Notes under the pieces: generated by a model
Seen by the model: only the letters and a program-made list of their open reading frames with translations
What the model was told of the DNA's origin: nothing
Database searches by the model: none
Position numbers and translations under genes: made by a program
NCBI GenBank assembly: GCA_024704765.1
Contig: JAKMXF010000321.1
Location: 248,001-312,000, forward strand
Origin: Oopsacas minuta
Taxonomy: Eukaryota > Animalia > Porifera
Reading direction: 5' to 3'
DNA length: 64,000 bases
Shown: one piece after another, positions 24,699 to 37,497 of the stretch
Layout of the letters: each line of letters begins with the position of its first letter
How positions within the stretch are numbered: position 1 is the stretch's first letter

Positions 24699-25448
24699 TT
24701 AATCAAGAGAAAGATTAATATTAATCAAACAAAATGTAATTACAATTAAAATTCCAGGAATTGTCAAGCTCAATAGGCCTACATAACCAACTGAGTAGGT
24801 CTGACCAATCACTGATTGAGCTATTGCATTGGCACATGGCAATTCATTCAAGAATAGAATAGTTTCGTTGCTAATTGTTGTTAGGTTAGTGGAGTTATTT
24901 TGTATGGTGCAAGTGGCATTTTCATGGCTACTATGACAACATGATGTGGGATAGGAATTATTTGTTATATACGCATTCCAATCTGTGAAATTGACACCTC
25001 CACAACACTTTAAATCGATTTGTGTCGAATCGATTGCATTTCTTGTCAAATTACTCAGATTGTAATCTAAGATAGAATTCTGGAAATTTTGACCAATCAA
25101 TTCACGGAGTATGCCATAATTGAGGAATCCTAGACAGCTGCCTGTCATTTGCCCAATGAACAATAGGCTTAGCAGAACTATATAAAGTGTTGTCAGTACT
25201 GCAGGAATTTTATGACGGATAGACACTAAGGCACCGAAAATAGCTAAGGGGAAAGCTAGGAGATTTGAGGGTATGACAATATAAGCAGAGAAGAAATAGG
25301 TGTAGCGAGAGATAATTGGTTCGAAAGTAGTAGGGATTTCGAATAAAATAAGAACTATTATCAATAACAAAGCAGCTGGTACTAAAAGGAACAATTGAAG
25401 AAGTGCGAATATTGTTCTGAACCTTTTCACGTGACGAGATTCTGCCAT
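24699..25448 (-). CDS. Tetraspanin, 249 aa
   Basis: Four hydrophobic helices; CCG, PTSCC and a final Cys in the large loop; many N-x-S/T sites. Intronless. Confidence 0.9.
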   Translation of the reverse strand: MAESRHVKRFRTIFALLQLFLLVPAALLLIIVLILFEIPTTFEPIISRYTYFFSAYIVIPSNLLAFPLAIFGALVSIRHKIPAVLTTLYIVLLSLLFIGQMTGSCLGFLNYGILRELIGQNFQNSILDYNLSNLTRNAIDSTQIDLKCCGGVNFTDWNAYITNNSYPTSCCHSSHENATCTIQNNSTNLTTISNETILFLNELPCANAIAQSVIGQTYSVGYVGLLSLTIPGILIVITFCLININLSLD

Positions 25449-25655
25449 AAAAGTAAAGAGAGAGAGAGAGAGAGAGCTAAATATAGAACTTTGGATAAAA
25501 TAGAGCTAAAATTGCACTTTGTAAAGTCTAAAAGTAAGAAAAAGAACAATTAGAATTTACTCAAGTAGGCTACATTTTTGTAAAGTAGTTTCAAATTGAT
25601 CCATGGTATATTGTATAAAATGAAATGCATGAACTTTTGAATTTTGCAAAAAGGA

Positions 25656-25727
25656 AGGTCCCACCGAGATTTGAACTCGGATCGTGAGATTCAGAGTCTC
25701 AAGTGCTAACCGTTACACCATGGAACC
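25656..25727 (-). tRNA. tRNA-Gln(CTG)
   Basis: GGTTCCATGGTGTAACGGTTAGCACTTGAGACTCTGAATCTCACGATCCGAGTTCAAATCTCGGTGGGACCT (72 nt). The anticodon stem TGAGA/TCTCA pairs around CTG, and a Pol III terminator TTTTT follows 3 nt downstream. Confidence 0.97.
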
Positions 25728-26348
25728 GTACTTAAATAGAACTCTGATGATTATTATAAAAATCAAACACAAAATTAGAACATTCAATTCGTGGGAAGAA
25801 CGTCTGATGAAGACTGTTTTTTATAAACTATATGATCCTATCCTCGTGTGATTATAACATTTTCAGATGATACCATCTAAAATCTGACACTTCGATTATC
25901 TCATCACTTTCTTTCTGGGCATAGAATATTGAATTTTCAACTAAACAAGTAGATAGTACAATCTGTGACCAAAGAATTATCCATAAATTTGGAAAAAACA
26001 CGTATAAAATCTCCCCGGACGGGCCGGAATGAGAAATAAGTAATAATTAATTCGCTCATAAGCTTTAGGAAAACGGAATTTAACAGTTGTATGATTTTAT
26101 GCAAGCTTGCAATATATCAATAGCCATAATTAAATTATCCTACCATCTGTCTTACATAAATACAATTCGATAATACAATTATGTTCGCACTCAGGTATAC
26201 TAAAACTAATGACTTCTTGCTAATAATAATAAGAAGCACTAACTATAATCTCCCAAATAGAATCCATAATATACACATAGGCTTGTTTACCATCAATTTG
26301 ATACCAACAAGAGCATATTTATACGATACACGAATTCTAATATGTAAA

Positions 26349-26828
26349 ATGGTTTTTAAGAGTGCTATTATTTGTCTAATTGTGGCAGGATTGTGCCATA
26401 TTGTGCCACTTCTCGCAGATGAGATATATACAAACTGTGCTAACGATAATAACCTGGGAATGGTTACAGAAGTACAGCTGGATGATTGCACAGAAACACC
26501 TTGTACATTGCATCGTAACTCAACTGTTGAAATTCTAGTTGGATTTATTCCATATTTTACCGTGGATTATTTGAGTTTGAATGTTTACGGATTAATAGAG
26601 ACTAAATACTACAAATACAAGTATTCTTTCATAAATAACGCCAATGCATGTGATGAATCTTACAATATCAAGTGTCCAATCGAGGAAAAAGAAAGACAGA
26701 TATTCAAAATGGAAGTAGAAATTAAGTCATACTATCCTCAGTGGGAATTATCTGTGATAGCTGCTCTATCTGATGAGAACAGTGGTTATAATATTGTTTG
26801 TATCGGTATTGATGTGAATATTGAGTAA
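26349..26828 (+). CDS. ML-domain (NPC2/MD-2-related lipid recognition) secreted protein 1, 159 aa
   Basis: Signal peptide, six Cys in NPC2-like spacing (DCTETPCTLHR, ACDESYNIKCPI, IVCI) and the YP motif. Intronless. Confidence 0.85.
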   Translation: MVFKSAIICLIVAGLCHIVPLLADEIYTNCANDNNLGMVTEVQLDDCTETPCTLHRNSTVEILVGFIPYFTVDYLSLNVYGLIETKYYKYKYSFINNANACDESYNIKCPIEEKERQIFKMEVEIKSYYPQWELSVIAALSDENSGYNIVCIGIDVNIE

Positions 26829-27686
26829 TTTATTTGTATGTTTGTATGTTTGTATGTTTGTTTGTTTACTTTCAAGTTATCCGCTGTATATTTATGAAGT
26901 TGGTATCTGTGTGTATTTATTTCGCAATAACTTACTTGGTGTGCAACTCCTATTGCGTATCGGCAGCTGGCCAGGTCTGGCAACCGAATGAGAGCTTTCA
27001 TGAGCTTTGAATGATACAGAATAATTATCCTGCTACAACTAATCTCTCACTTATAATTGTATATCCAAATTTGCAGATAATTACATACATGAATATGTAG
27101 TTTAGTACACTTCATTTATTGTCTGAACAGTCTACCACAGACATGAAGCTCTGTTGCAATAATATACGCATTACATGCTATCACACTGCAAAATATTATC
27201 CTTAATTATTATACGTTATTAATGCAAGTATTATTTATTTATGTGTTGAATTAAGAATTGATTGCAACTTTGTCAAATCATTATTAAATCATTCTGAGAT
27301 TGGCAACAGGACAGAATCGAAACTGGCGTCCTATGCTCCTACTCGTTGGTGGTGCCAAATAGGGCCGAATCCTCGGCCAATGGATCATACTATTTGAGTA
27401 CTCATACGGTACACCATAGCCCCTTCAATGGAAAGAGTATTAGTCTCCAGCTTTGCATAAAGATTATAAAAGTTTCTCCCCTCTTGTGGGTCTGCGTGTT
27501 AGACAGAACTTCCAGAAGTTTCATTAACAAATTACATTAGCACATAAACCCTCTGAAAAAATTCTAGTTAACTTAATAGTTCCAAAAGACATAATAGACT
27601 ATAATTTTGAAATGCAATACAAATGTATGCTTAAAATGTTCATATAAATACCAGCTTTGACTACAGACAGGCCACACAATATAACC

Positions 27687-30600
27687 ATGTTATCAATAGC
27701 TATATACATATTATGTATTGGGATATTAGTACAGAGAGGATGCTCTGAAGTTCCTATTTGTGATACGGGAACTTATATCATAGTAATGAGAGATGAGTAT
27801 GATACGGACCAGGAGATGGAGTATGTCGTGAATGCGATGGAGATTATGTCACCAGATGCAGAGCCCATGCGTGTGACTAGAAATCTCATTCCTACAATCA
27901 TTGGAGAGATGAGTATTGATGCTGCTACAATGGTATGTATTATTATTAGATATTCTTAGTGCCTCCAAATTGGCATCACGATGTGTGACGTCCGTACGTC
28001 CATCGCGGTGCCGAGAATTCTAGGTGATGAAAATTGGTACTGGGTACATTTTGGGAATGATTGCACGAAAGAATTCTTGTAATGTGAATATTTTCACACC
28101 TTTTTGGCCAATCAGATTTTGACATAACATATTACACACATTGGTTCTAACCTCACAAATCTTTGAGAAAAGTGTGAATTGTGTATTTCCAAGATTTATA
28201 TCAATGAAAATACACACAAATTTACTTTTTTCTTCTTCCTTGATTCTTCAAATTATTTCCTGGTTTTCTCGTAAAATCACTGTTGGATAAATGTTCTTGC
28301 AATGTATAAGTTATTGGATTGTTGTAGGCAAGCAACATGCGATCAGTAGCATACATAGAGTGTGACCAGATCGTGACCAGAACAGACGCTGAAGTAGACA
28401 GAGACAATGATGGGAGGGTTATCATCACCCCTCAAGCCCTTAACGGATTCGTATTCGCAGATCTCGCCCTCACCGAGTTCACAAACGCACCCCCGGTCAA
28501 AAACATATCAGGAGCGGGGAGCTTGGATGACACAGACCGATACAACCTGGACGCAATAGATGAGGACTGCTACGAGTGTAATGATGGTACTTACAAGCCT
28601 AAATACACAGGGAAAGGAGTAGACGTATACATACTCGATACGGGAATAAGATACGATCATAACGATTTTCTAGACCCCTCGCTATCTGAAACACGAGCTG
28701 GGTATGGAGGTTATGACGCTGTTGATGAGTTTCAAAGACAGAACCAGAGGGGAGTGGATTGCAATGGACATGGTACACATTGTGCGGGTATAGCGACTGG
28801 ACGAGTGAGTGGGGTGGCTAAAGAAGCGAAAGTGTATAGTGTTAGAGTTTTGAATTGCGATAGTTTTGGGGGATTCAATGGGATAATACATGCTTTGGAA
28901 TTTGTGTTAGAAAGACATAGAGAAAACCTTCAAAAGTAAGTTACAGTACAATATAGAATGTAATTTATCGATAGATTGTGGTGTCTACATCAGATAAATA
29001 TTAGGGAAATACATGTGTAACTTAAAATTAACAATTTCAAGGCAAAAGACACTAAATCGGACTGCTAGATTTCGCATGGACGGACGGACGTTCACATCGT
29101 CCATGCCATTACTCATTAGGGTATCTCCCTACAACAAACAAATAGTCGGCACAGTAAAAATATTCATAACAATTTATAAGAAATACAGCAGTTGTATGTA
29201 TATTTAACCAATTAAATTCCACTCTACAGACCTGTTGGTGAATACAAAGGTTCCGTGGTTAGTATGTCACTAGCTGGCCCTGTGGTCCGGTCTGCTAACG
29301 AGGCAGTGTGTCGGTTAGTGGCAGCAGGTGTCGTAGTGGTTACAGCTAGTGGGAACTTTCGTCGCGACGCATGTAACTACAGTCCTGGATCAGCTGGTTG
29401 TCACATTAACGTAGGAGCTCATTACTACACTGAGAGAGATACAGATACTTGTATTAAAGATGTTTATTGGTTCACTTCCAGGACAACTTCTCCCGGATTC
29501 AATTATGGCAGATGTGTCCATATTATGGCGCCAGGACAGTATGTCGTTAGTAGTAGCTATCTAGACAGACAAAGTGAGTTGGAATTTAAATTGTATCAGC
29601 GAATCGCGGAGACAGCTAATTCGGTTCATAGATTGCATAATAGTGTTCCACAACCGTTGTTGCTCTCTCAAAGATCCACAATACTTTCTGTGTAATATTT
29701 GAAAGAATTCGCATCTTTGGATATAAATTTGTTCGAAATTCTATTAATGAAAGCTCCAAATATGCTGAATACCGCGTGTGGACACAATCAATAGTTTTAT
29801 GGTTCGAATTTTGAGACATTTGAGAATATAAAATTGGTAATATCGCCAGATACTATCTGCCCAATTCAATAGAAATTAAAGTTCAGTATGATGGGGGGGG
29901 TAATCTCCACAAACACGGTAGTATTTACGCCGAAAAATGCTGCCACGTTCCCCGTTTCCAAGGCACCGTATGTGTAACTGAATATAAATGATTTTTGTGT
30001 TTAGGAACGATATCGATGAGTGGAACATCTATGGCATGCCCCCACGTGGCTGGTGCTTGTGCCCTTTTGTTGGATCAATTCCCGAGAGCTACCCCAGACG
30101 AGATCAGATCTCTACTGATAGACAAGAGTTGCTCAGACATCGACGAGAGAAGAATGCATCCCAGCCTGAGAAGACTTACTCCAAACCGAAGACTCAGGAT
30201 TCGAAGACGTTAGTTTTTAATATTAAGTTATAAATTAAGAAATACTGCCACTGGCTCGTCAACTGTCCCGATTTTATTGACATATGTTGAGGCTAATATC
30301 CCACCGAGACCGAAAAAAAACTTAAAATTACAATCTGTGCTGACAAGGAAATGTTTGTTGTCTATCAATACACTTAGTGCCTCCAATTTATAGTGTCACT
30401 TCAAAAATGTATGCACTAAGCTGTCGGCACAGATTGTAACTTTTCGGAGGATATATGATCCCGTTGTAGCATATCTATCGGTAACCATAGCAACGAGAGG
30501 TATAATGAAATATTTCGTCATAGGTTCACCAGATGAACCTGGTCCAGGGACAGATCCTCCCACAACTCCAGCACCTACAACACCCACACAAACAACAACA

Positions 30601-31524
30601 ACAACATTATCACCATCCACGGTACCACCTGTCTGCACAGCTAGATGCATGTTCAGTACTCTAAGTAATCCCACAATTGGAGCAAGATTTGTAAGAATTC
30701 GATCATTCAACACACACCTTGGATTTTTATTGACTTCATCTTTCCGAAGCAGAAATTATGTACCTAAAAAGGTTTCCACGGCGACAGATAAAAACGGGGA
30801 AAATCCTATCTGGACGATTATCGAAGATCAAGTAGACTCAATCTTCGACTATCGAATACATTTAGGTCCGAGTTTTGGCTCTATAGGAATCCCTTTTGAA
30901 CAAATTGAGGATGTGGCTCGTAGTTACGGAGAGGAATTCGCGATTAACACAATTATCCCTTTCAGAGATGATAAAGTATTCCTAGTGCTGCATAAACGTA
31001 GTGATTGCAATGACAACACATTCATACAGGTAGACTACACACTTAGATCAGGACCGAGTGAACTTGTTGATCCCATTACATACAACAACCTGCTTGGGGA
31101 TATGGCAACCTTTGATGTATCGTTTACACCTGGGATTCCTCGAGTATACGTGCATAACACTCCTAAACGAACTCATGGTGCCAACTGCGACTGCCAAACA
31201 ACAATAAATTTATCAAATCAACTTCTACTCAATTTAAGAAACACTCGTATAGAAAGGAATCTCATAATTGTTGATGTAAACAGCTATTATATCAGTGGTA
31301 ACTTACTGTTTACAGTAACCCTGTGTAATACGGATTGTTTTACAGGCAGAGGCTGTATTAATAGTGTAGATGATAATGTGCTGGTTGATGATATGGATGA
31401 GGATAATTATCAGATAAGAATAGCAGGAATGAAGGCAGCACGGTATGAGATAATTGATCTAGCTCCGTACTACAATGAAGATAATAGATTGAACTTTGTT
31501 GGTGTATTTATCCGTGTCAGTTAA
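27687..31524 (+). CDS. Secreted subtilisin-family (S8A, proteinase K-like) protease 1 with I9-like prodomain, Pro/Thr linker and ~300-aa C-terminal domain; 5 exons, ~800 aa
   Basis: Exons 27687-27932, 28328-28935, 29230-29573, 30005-30208, 30524-31524 join in frame (phases 0,2,1,1). Catalytic motifs ILDTGI, HGTHCAG and GTSMACPHVAG; oxyanion ASGN. Confidence 0.9.
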
Positions 31525-33269
31525 TGGCTATTATCATTGGTGTGATTTAATGTAATTATATGTATAGACCCCTTTTGGGGAGGTTCACTATGGTAGATAG
31601 GAACATACTTGATAAGGATTCCCCTAACATTCTGTCGTGGTGCTTTGGGTAACATATACGCCGTGTTTGGAAGGTGTAAAATATGTCCACCAAAATGTGA
31701 TACACAAACACTCTGAATTTGTATAGGACATAATTATTTACACTATATTTATCTTCTGTTACAAGATAGAGCTGTAGTTTGTCTACAGTCTAGACCCCAA
31801 TAGAGATTACATCTTCGCTACTACTAGGGCACAGTCCAGAGGATTAATCGTATTAGCATTTCAATCATCAAGGAATTGACATAATAGTTATTACACAAAT
31901 TATATGGAGCATTCCATTGTCAATTAATAATGTTCAATAAAGTACGTACACAAACGAAGTAGTAAAGTATTGTGAAATGACTCTAGCATTATTATAGAAT
32001 ATCTTGGCTATGTTTAGAATTATTTGTAAATAGCTATTTATCTAATAATCGATGTTATTTAGACTTTTAATACTTAAATGAGTTGCGTAATACGTTACAT
32101 TATGAAATACAAATTTGGCCATAGACTAAGCCTTTGTAAACGCTAGATTATAGGCGCAAAACTGGGTGGACTAGGCCACTAGGGTCGTTGGGGTCGAGTG
32201 GGTCCACTCGATTCTAACAACAAAATACAATTTCATAATTTTAATACAAATGTGGCATGCATGATATTATCAATAATTAATCTTGGGTGGATATAAAGTG
32301 TTTGGAAGCTGCACAGGCCACAGGTACAGGGCAAACCATATCGTGCTTGTAAAATATTGAAGCATTATAATTATAGTAGAACTCAGATAAAGCATACCCC
32401 TCGGGAAACATACTTTAGTAAGTACTATCGGAGTTTACGTCTTATCCGAATTCTACTGTATTCCAATCAGAATAGCTTGCAGTACATCTGCTTTTACAAG
32501 ATAATTATAGTGAAAGATTCAATATTCATGTTACAGATATCTTGAACAAATCTTACTGTATTTCCCTGAATATTAGTGTATCAAATAACAAATTTATCTA
32601 AGAATAATGAGCTAATGACTTTGCTATATCATAATTAAGTTTAATTGAAACAGATTATTAGGTTCAATTGCTAGAATTAGAAATTCTCAACCCACAGATC
32701 TAATGAGAAACTTTGCCCCAGGTATATGAAAATAAAATCTAAGCTCTTGAACACGCCTCGAGGGTGAAATAATTGTTTTGGAACCTAATTTTAAATCACA
32801 AGGGTGTCTTGATGCACATCATGGTCCCAGAACTATTTTTCTTGGTTACGGCCTCCGGCTAAGGTATGTGATATAAGAAATACACTCAATCATAACAATG
32901 AGGTAATCAATTCGATCATTAAAATATCATATAATTCGGCCACATTGCGTTTCTATATTTCAAAAGTTTGCGAATATTATTCTGCAATGATTACAGCAAA
33001 TATCACTAATATAACCACCCATATATGGTAAAGGGAAATGAAAATGTTAAGTAAGTCTATATCATTAAAATTAGAGCATTTATTCAACAGACTGACTATC
33101 AAGCAATTTAGCTGAGATACCTTAATTAGAAATGAAGTTAATATATTCGAAGTGATTGAAGGAAATGAATATTTGATGTAGGCAATATGTATTTAGTGTA
33201 TTGTATTGTATTGTATGGGAGGCTATTAAGTATAAATATATTAATGTTAATTGGAAAAAGAAAACTTGA

Positions 33270-36200
33270 ATGAAGGCAATAAATATGTTGAATTGGCTAG
33301 CAGTAGCTATTCTTTTGCAAATAGCGTCCGCGCAATATAACGATTATATTATCGTTTTCAAGGATATCACATCTCAATCCGATATGAACGATGCGATGGA
33401 GGCCATGTACCAGATGAGCTGTCCTCTAGACAGTAGTGGGAATGTAATATCCTGTGATAATAATTTAAAGCAGACCTATGATTTGATGAAAACAGTATCA
33501 GGTCCTATGAGCCAAGAAGCTGTCGATATGGTAAGTTAGATTAGTTGTAATTGTGTCATATCAGTCCAGGGAAATTAGAAAATGTGTCCAACCGACGAAC
33601 TGGTAGTGTAGCTCGGGTCCTGCGAGCTATGACAAAACGTCAAAAATTAATAAATATAAGATAAATATTAATAACTGATATTTGCAAATGTCAGAATCGA
33701 ATTCTACGTACATGATTACCCTGAAGTAATTGTTCAAACGAATCTTAAAGGTGTGAAAATATGATTAAATATATGATAAGTATAAATAATTCATAATTAA
33801 ATGGCAAAATCGAATTCAATACACAAAATTGCAAACCAAATAAAAGCAATAAACTGCTTGTAAAATATTATATCAGCAAAAGTTTTTAACTCAAAATTTT
33901 TTAACATAACCTATTACTGTAGGCAAGCAGCCTGTCTAACGTAGAATACGTAGAAATGGATCAATTAGTGACCAGAGCGGATGCAGTAGTCGATCTAATA
34001 AGTCCCACACAACACACAGAGGCAGACGATATACCTGAATGTCTGTTAAACGAATGTGACGGAAAACAGACACTCATCCACGATGTGTACGGGATAACAG
34101 CATTCTCAGCAGCATCAACAGAGGCTGGAGCAACTGATAGATACAATTTGGATATGATAGACCAAGGCTGCTACGAGTGTAACAATGGTAGATACGAACC
34201 GGAAGCTACAGGAGAAGGTGTTGATATATACATATTGGATACTGGTATACGTTTTGACCATAGTGAGTTTGGTAACAGAGCCAGTTACGGAGGATACGAT
34301 GCAGTGGATGATTTCCAGAACCAGAACCAACAGGGTGTTGATTGTCACGGACATGGGACACATTGTGCGGGCATCGCAGCTGGCATAACAAGTGGGGTAG
34401 CAAAGGAAGCGAATATTTACAGTGTTAGAGTTTTGGATTGTAATAGTTTTGGAGGATTCAGCGGGATTATTCGGGCACTAGATCATGTGCTACAGAGACA
34501 CAGGGATAGACTGAGCCTGTAAGTTTATTTGTTAATGTACGACTCCTGTTATATCGAACAGGAATACAGTAAACATTGGATTTAACGACACTCGTTTGGG
34601 CAGGCTGAAAGGGTCGTTTCATCCGATTTGTCGTTAAACCCGAAGAAGCTTTTAAATATGCACTATACGCCCGATGACACCCAAATATATTCACATAAAA
34701 TTTTAGCATTACATTCTACGCACAAACGCTTTAAATATGCATTTTCGTAACAATGCAGGTACTGTTGAATCAAAACAGGGGAGAGTCTATTTGGTTTATA
34801 AGTAAATCAGTCATTTAAACCTTAATAATTCACAAATTAGTACACTTTTCTGAGTCCACACTACAGACAGCCCAAAAGTCGTAATATCCGATGGGATTTA
34901 CATGGAGCAGGCAAAATAAACCGGTTTATCCATAAGTACAAAATTTTATTTTTATTCTAAATATAGCTCAACAGATGACTATAAAGGTTCCGTGGTTAGT
35001 ATGTCACTAGCTGGTCCAGTGGTGCAAGCAGCCAACGAGGCAGTGTGTCGGTTAGTGGCAGCAGGTGTCGTAGTGGTTACAGCTAGTGGGAACTTTCGTC
35101 GCGACGCATGTAACTATAGTCCTGGATCAGCTGGTTGTCACATTAACGTAGGAGCTCATTACTACACTGAGAGAGATACAGATACTTGTATTAAAGATGT
35201 TTATTGGTTCACTTCCAGGACAACTTCTCCCGGATCAAATTATGGCAGATGTGTACATATTATGGCGCCAGGACAATATGTGCTCAGTGCTAGCTATCTG
35301 GATAGCAACCGTAAGTTGCATAGGAATGCAAATATCGAAATTTCCTATAGTATTATTCACACCTTTTTAGCGTTACCACATTTTAACATGTGTGCCATTT
35401 ATGGTTGTATTTATAGGCCACGTAACTATGAGTGGAACTTCCATGGCATGCCCCCATGTGGCAGGAGCAGCTGCTCTCATCCTAGACAGATACCCACGTT
35501 TGTCACCCGATAGAGTCAGGAGAATGCTGGAGGGGGATGCCTGTCCTGATATAGACGAGAGGAGAATGCACCCCAGTCTGAGAGGTCTAAATCCAAACAG
35601 GAGACTACGAGTACTTCAAGGTTGTTGCAAATTTATATAATAAACACTGGTGTAACAAACAAACAAACAAACAAACAAACAATTCATTTATATTTTCCTT
35701 ATCAGGTGTCCCAGTTGAAGTCACAATTCCACCTACAGAGCCGGCCACACCAACTCAACCCCCAACAACACCTGTGCCACAAATATGCGACACAATCTGC
35801 CCATTCGACACAATGAAAAATGTCGAAATCGAAGATGTGGTTGTCGTCAATGAAGAAGTTACAAACATTCCATCACTCCATTTTCACATGTATTTTGCTT
35901 TACACAACAGAGTATTTTTTAACAACTATAGACATATTTTAAACAAAGTGTCAATTGCTTGGAACGAAAATTTTGATAAAGTTACTTACTCACTGATCTT
36001 CAGGAAGGTGACAAACACTGGGTATTACAAATATATATACGGAGTAGATAATACAGGAGTTCCATATCAAGATATCGACGAAGAAATCGCCGAATTAGAA
36101 GCACAATATCCAGGAAGAACATACTACGCACAGACAATCATACCTGTAGGCAACAACCGCGTGTTTATCCTAGCAACATATAAAGACGATTGTAATGATA

Positions 36201-36700
36201 ATGAATTCAGACAGGCCAACTATACCGGTTACCCCGAAGAAGTGTTAAATCCGTTTACAATCGACAATTTAGTTGGGCATAAAGCAACATTCGATATTTC
36301 TATAACACCATTCGAAGATCAAGTCTACGTACACGATACACATAATGGGTTCACTAGTAACTGTGAGTGCTATAGCTATTACAATATACCGACAGAGCAG
36401 CTAGCAGGAATATCTGAAACATTAGGAGGGGATAGACAACTCGTAGTGACAGCAATCGATTCTTACAAGCTAGGCACTAGGCTGTACTTCACGGTAACTC
36501 TGTGTATGCCTGAATGTTATACAGCTAGTGAGTGTGTTGATGAAGTGACAAATAACATGGTATTCAGTGGTTTGGATAAAGAAGGGCTTAGGAGGATACT
36601 TATAGGGGCTGGGGTGTTGGGAATGGAACCAATCGCTGTTGCTCCTTATTATATGGGGGATGAAGCATTTTATGCTTTGTCTCTTATAAGAGTTAATTAA
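33270..36700 (+). CDS. Secreted subtilisin-family (S8A) protease 2, tandem paralog; 5 exons, ~799 aa
   Basis: Exons 33270-33530, 33923-34518, 34967-35310, 35417-35620, 35706-36700, with the same phases and the same exon 3/4 lengths (344/204 bp) as protease 1. D/H/S triad intact. Confidence 0.9.
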
Positions 36701-37497
36701 TAATAATAATTATTATTATTATATCAATTTTGTATTTATAGTAATATTTATTCAATTGCTGTGTGAATATCTTTGAATAAATAATTAAAGTTTTTAACAG
36801 TAAAGATTGTAAGGTGTCAAAATACACTATTTACATATATGGTCTTGGTTCTGGCCAAGTGACGATATATACAGTAAACAATTTTGGGTGATATTATTAA
36901 GTAACACTTTCAACATGTGAATTGTCTTAAAACTACAGAAATGGAAGATTCTCAAGGCACTTCCAAAATCTTATATTTCAAAATAGTTTGCTATGAAATA
37001 CCAAGGATTTGTAGTCAGGAATAGAATCGACCAGCAGGAATCGTAATACTCATATTATGAGTTGAGACTAGTACCCTGAGTATCTTGCCATGCAGAGGGC
37101 TGGGTGAGTAAGCGTGCAGCTGCCCGCATATTTGCTAACCCTGTCGGGATTCCTGGATTATTCCGGGTTTTTAATTCATATCCAGAGGGAAATATGACAA
37201 CTCAGGAAATTTGCAATTTTGCGGTATTCCTGAATACTTTCGGGTGTTAAGTGAACTGAAATACAAGATTTGATAATTAAAATCTGGGAAATTTGTTAAG
37301 TTGTTAAGCATAGTCTCCTCTGGCGAATAACCAAATAATTCTTCTAAGATAAACGAGTAAACTTTTAACATTTCCAACATAGAGTTCAAATAGAAAAGTT
37401 TGAAATTTGTGAGGAAACCACTCAAAATAAAATTTAGTTAAAAGTAAGAATGTACAATTAGAGCCTACACATTATCATAAAGCTATCAGCTGATTGA

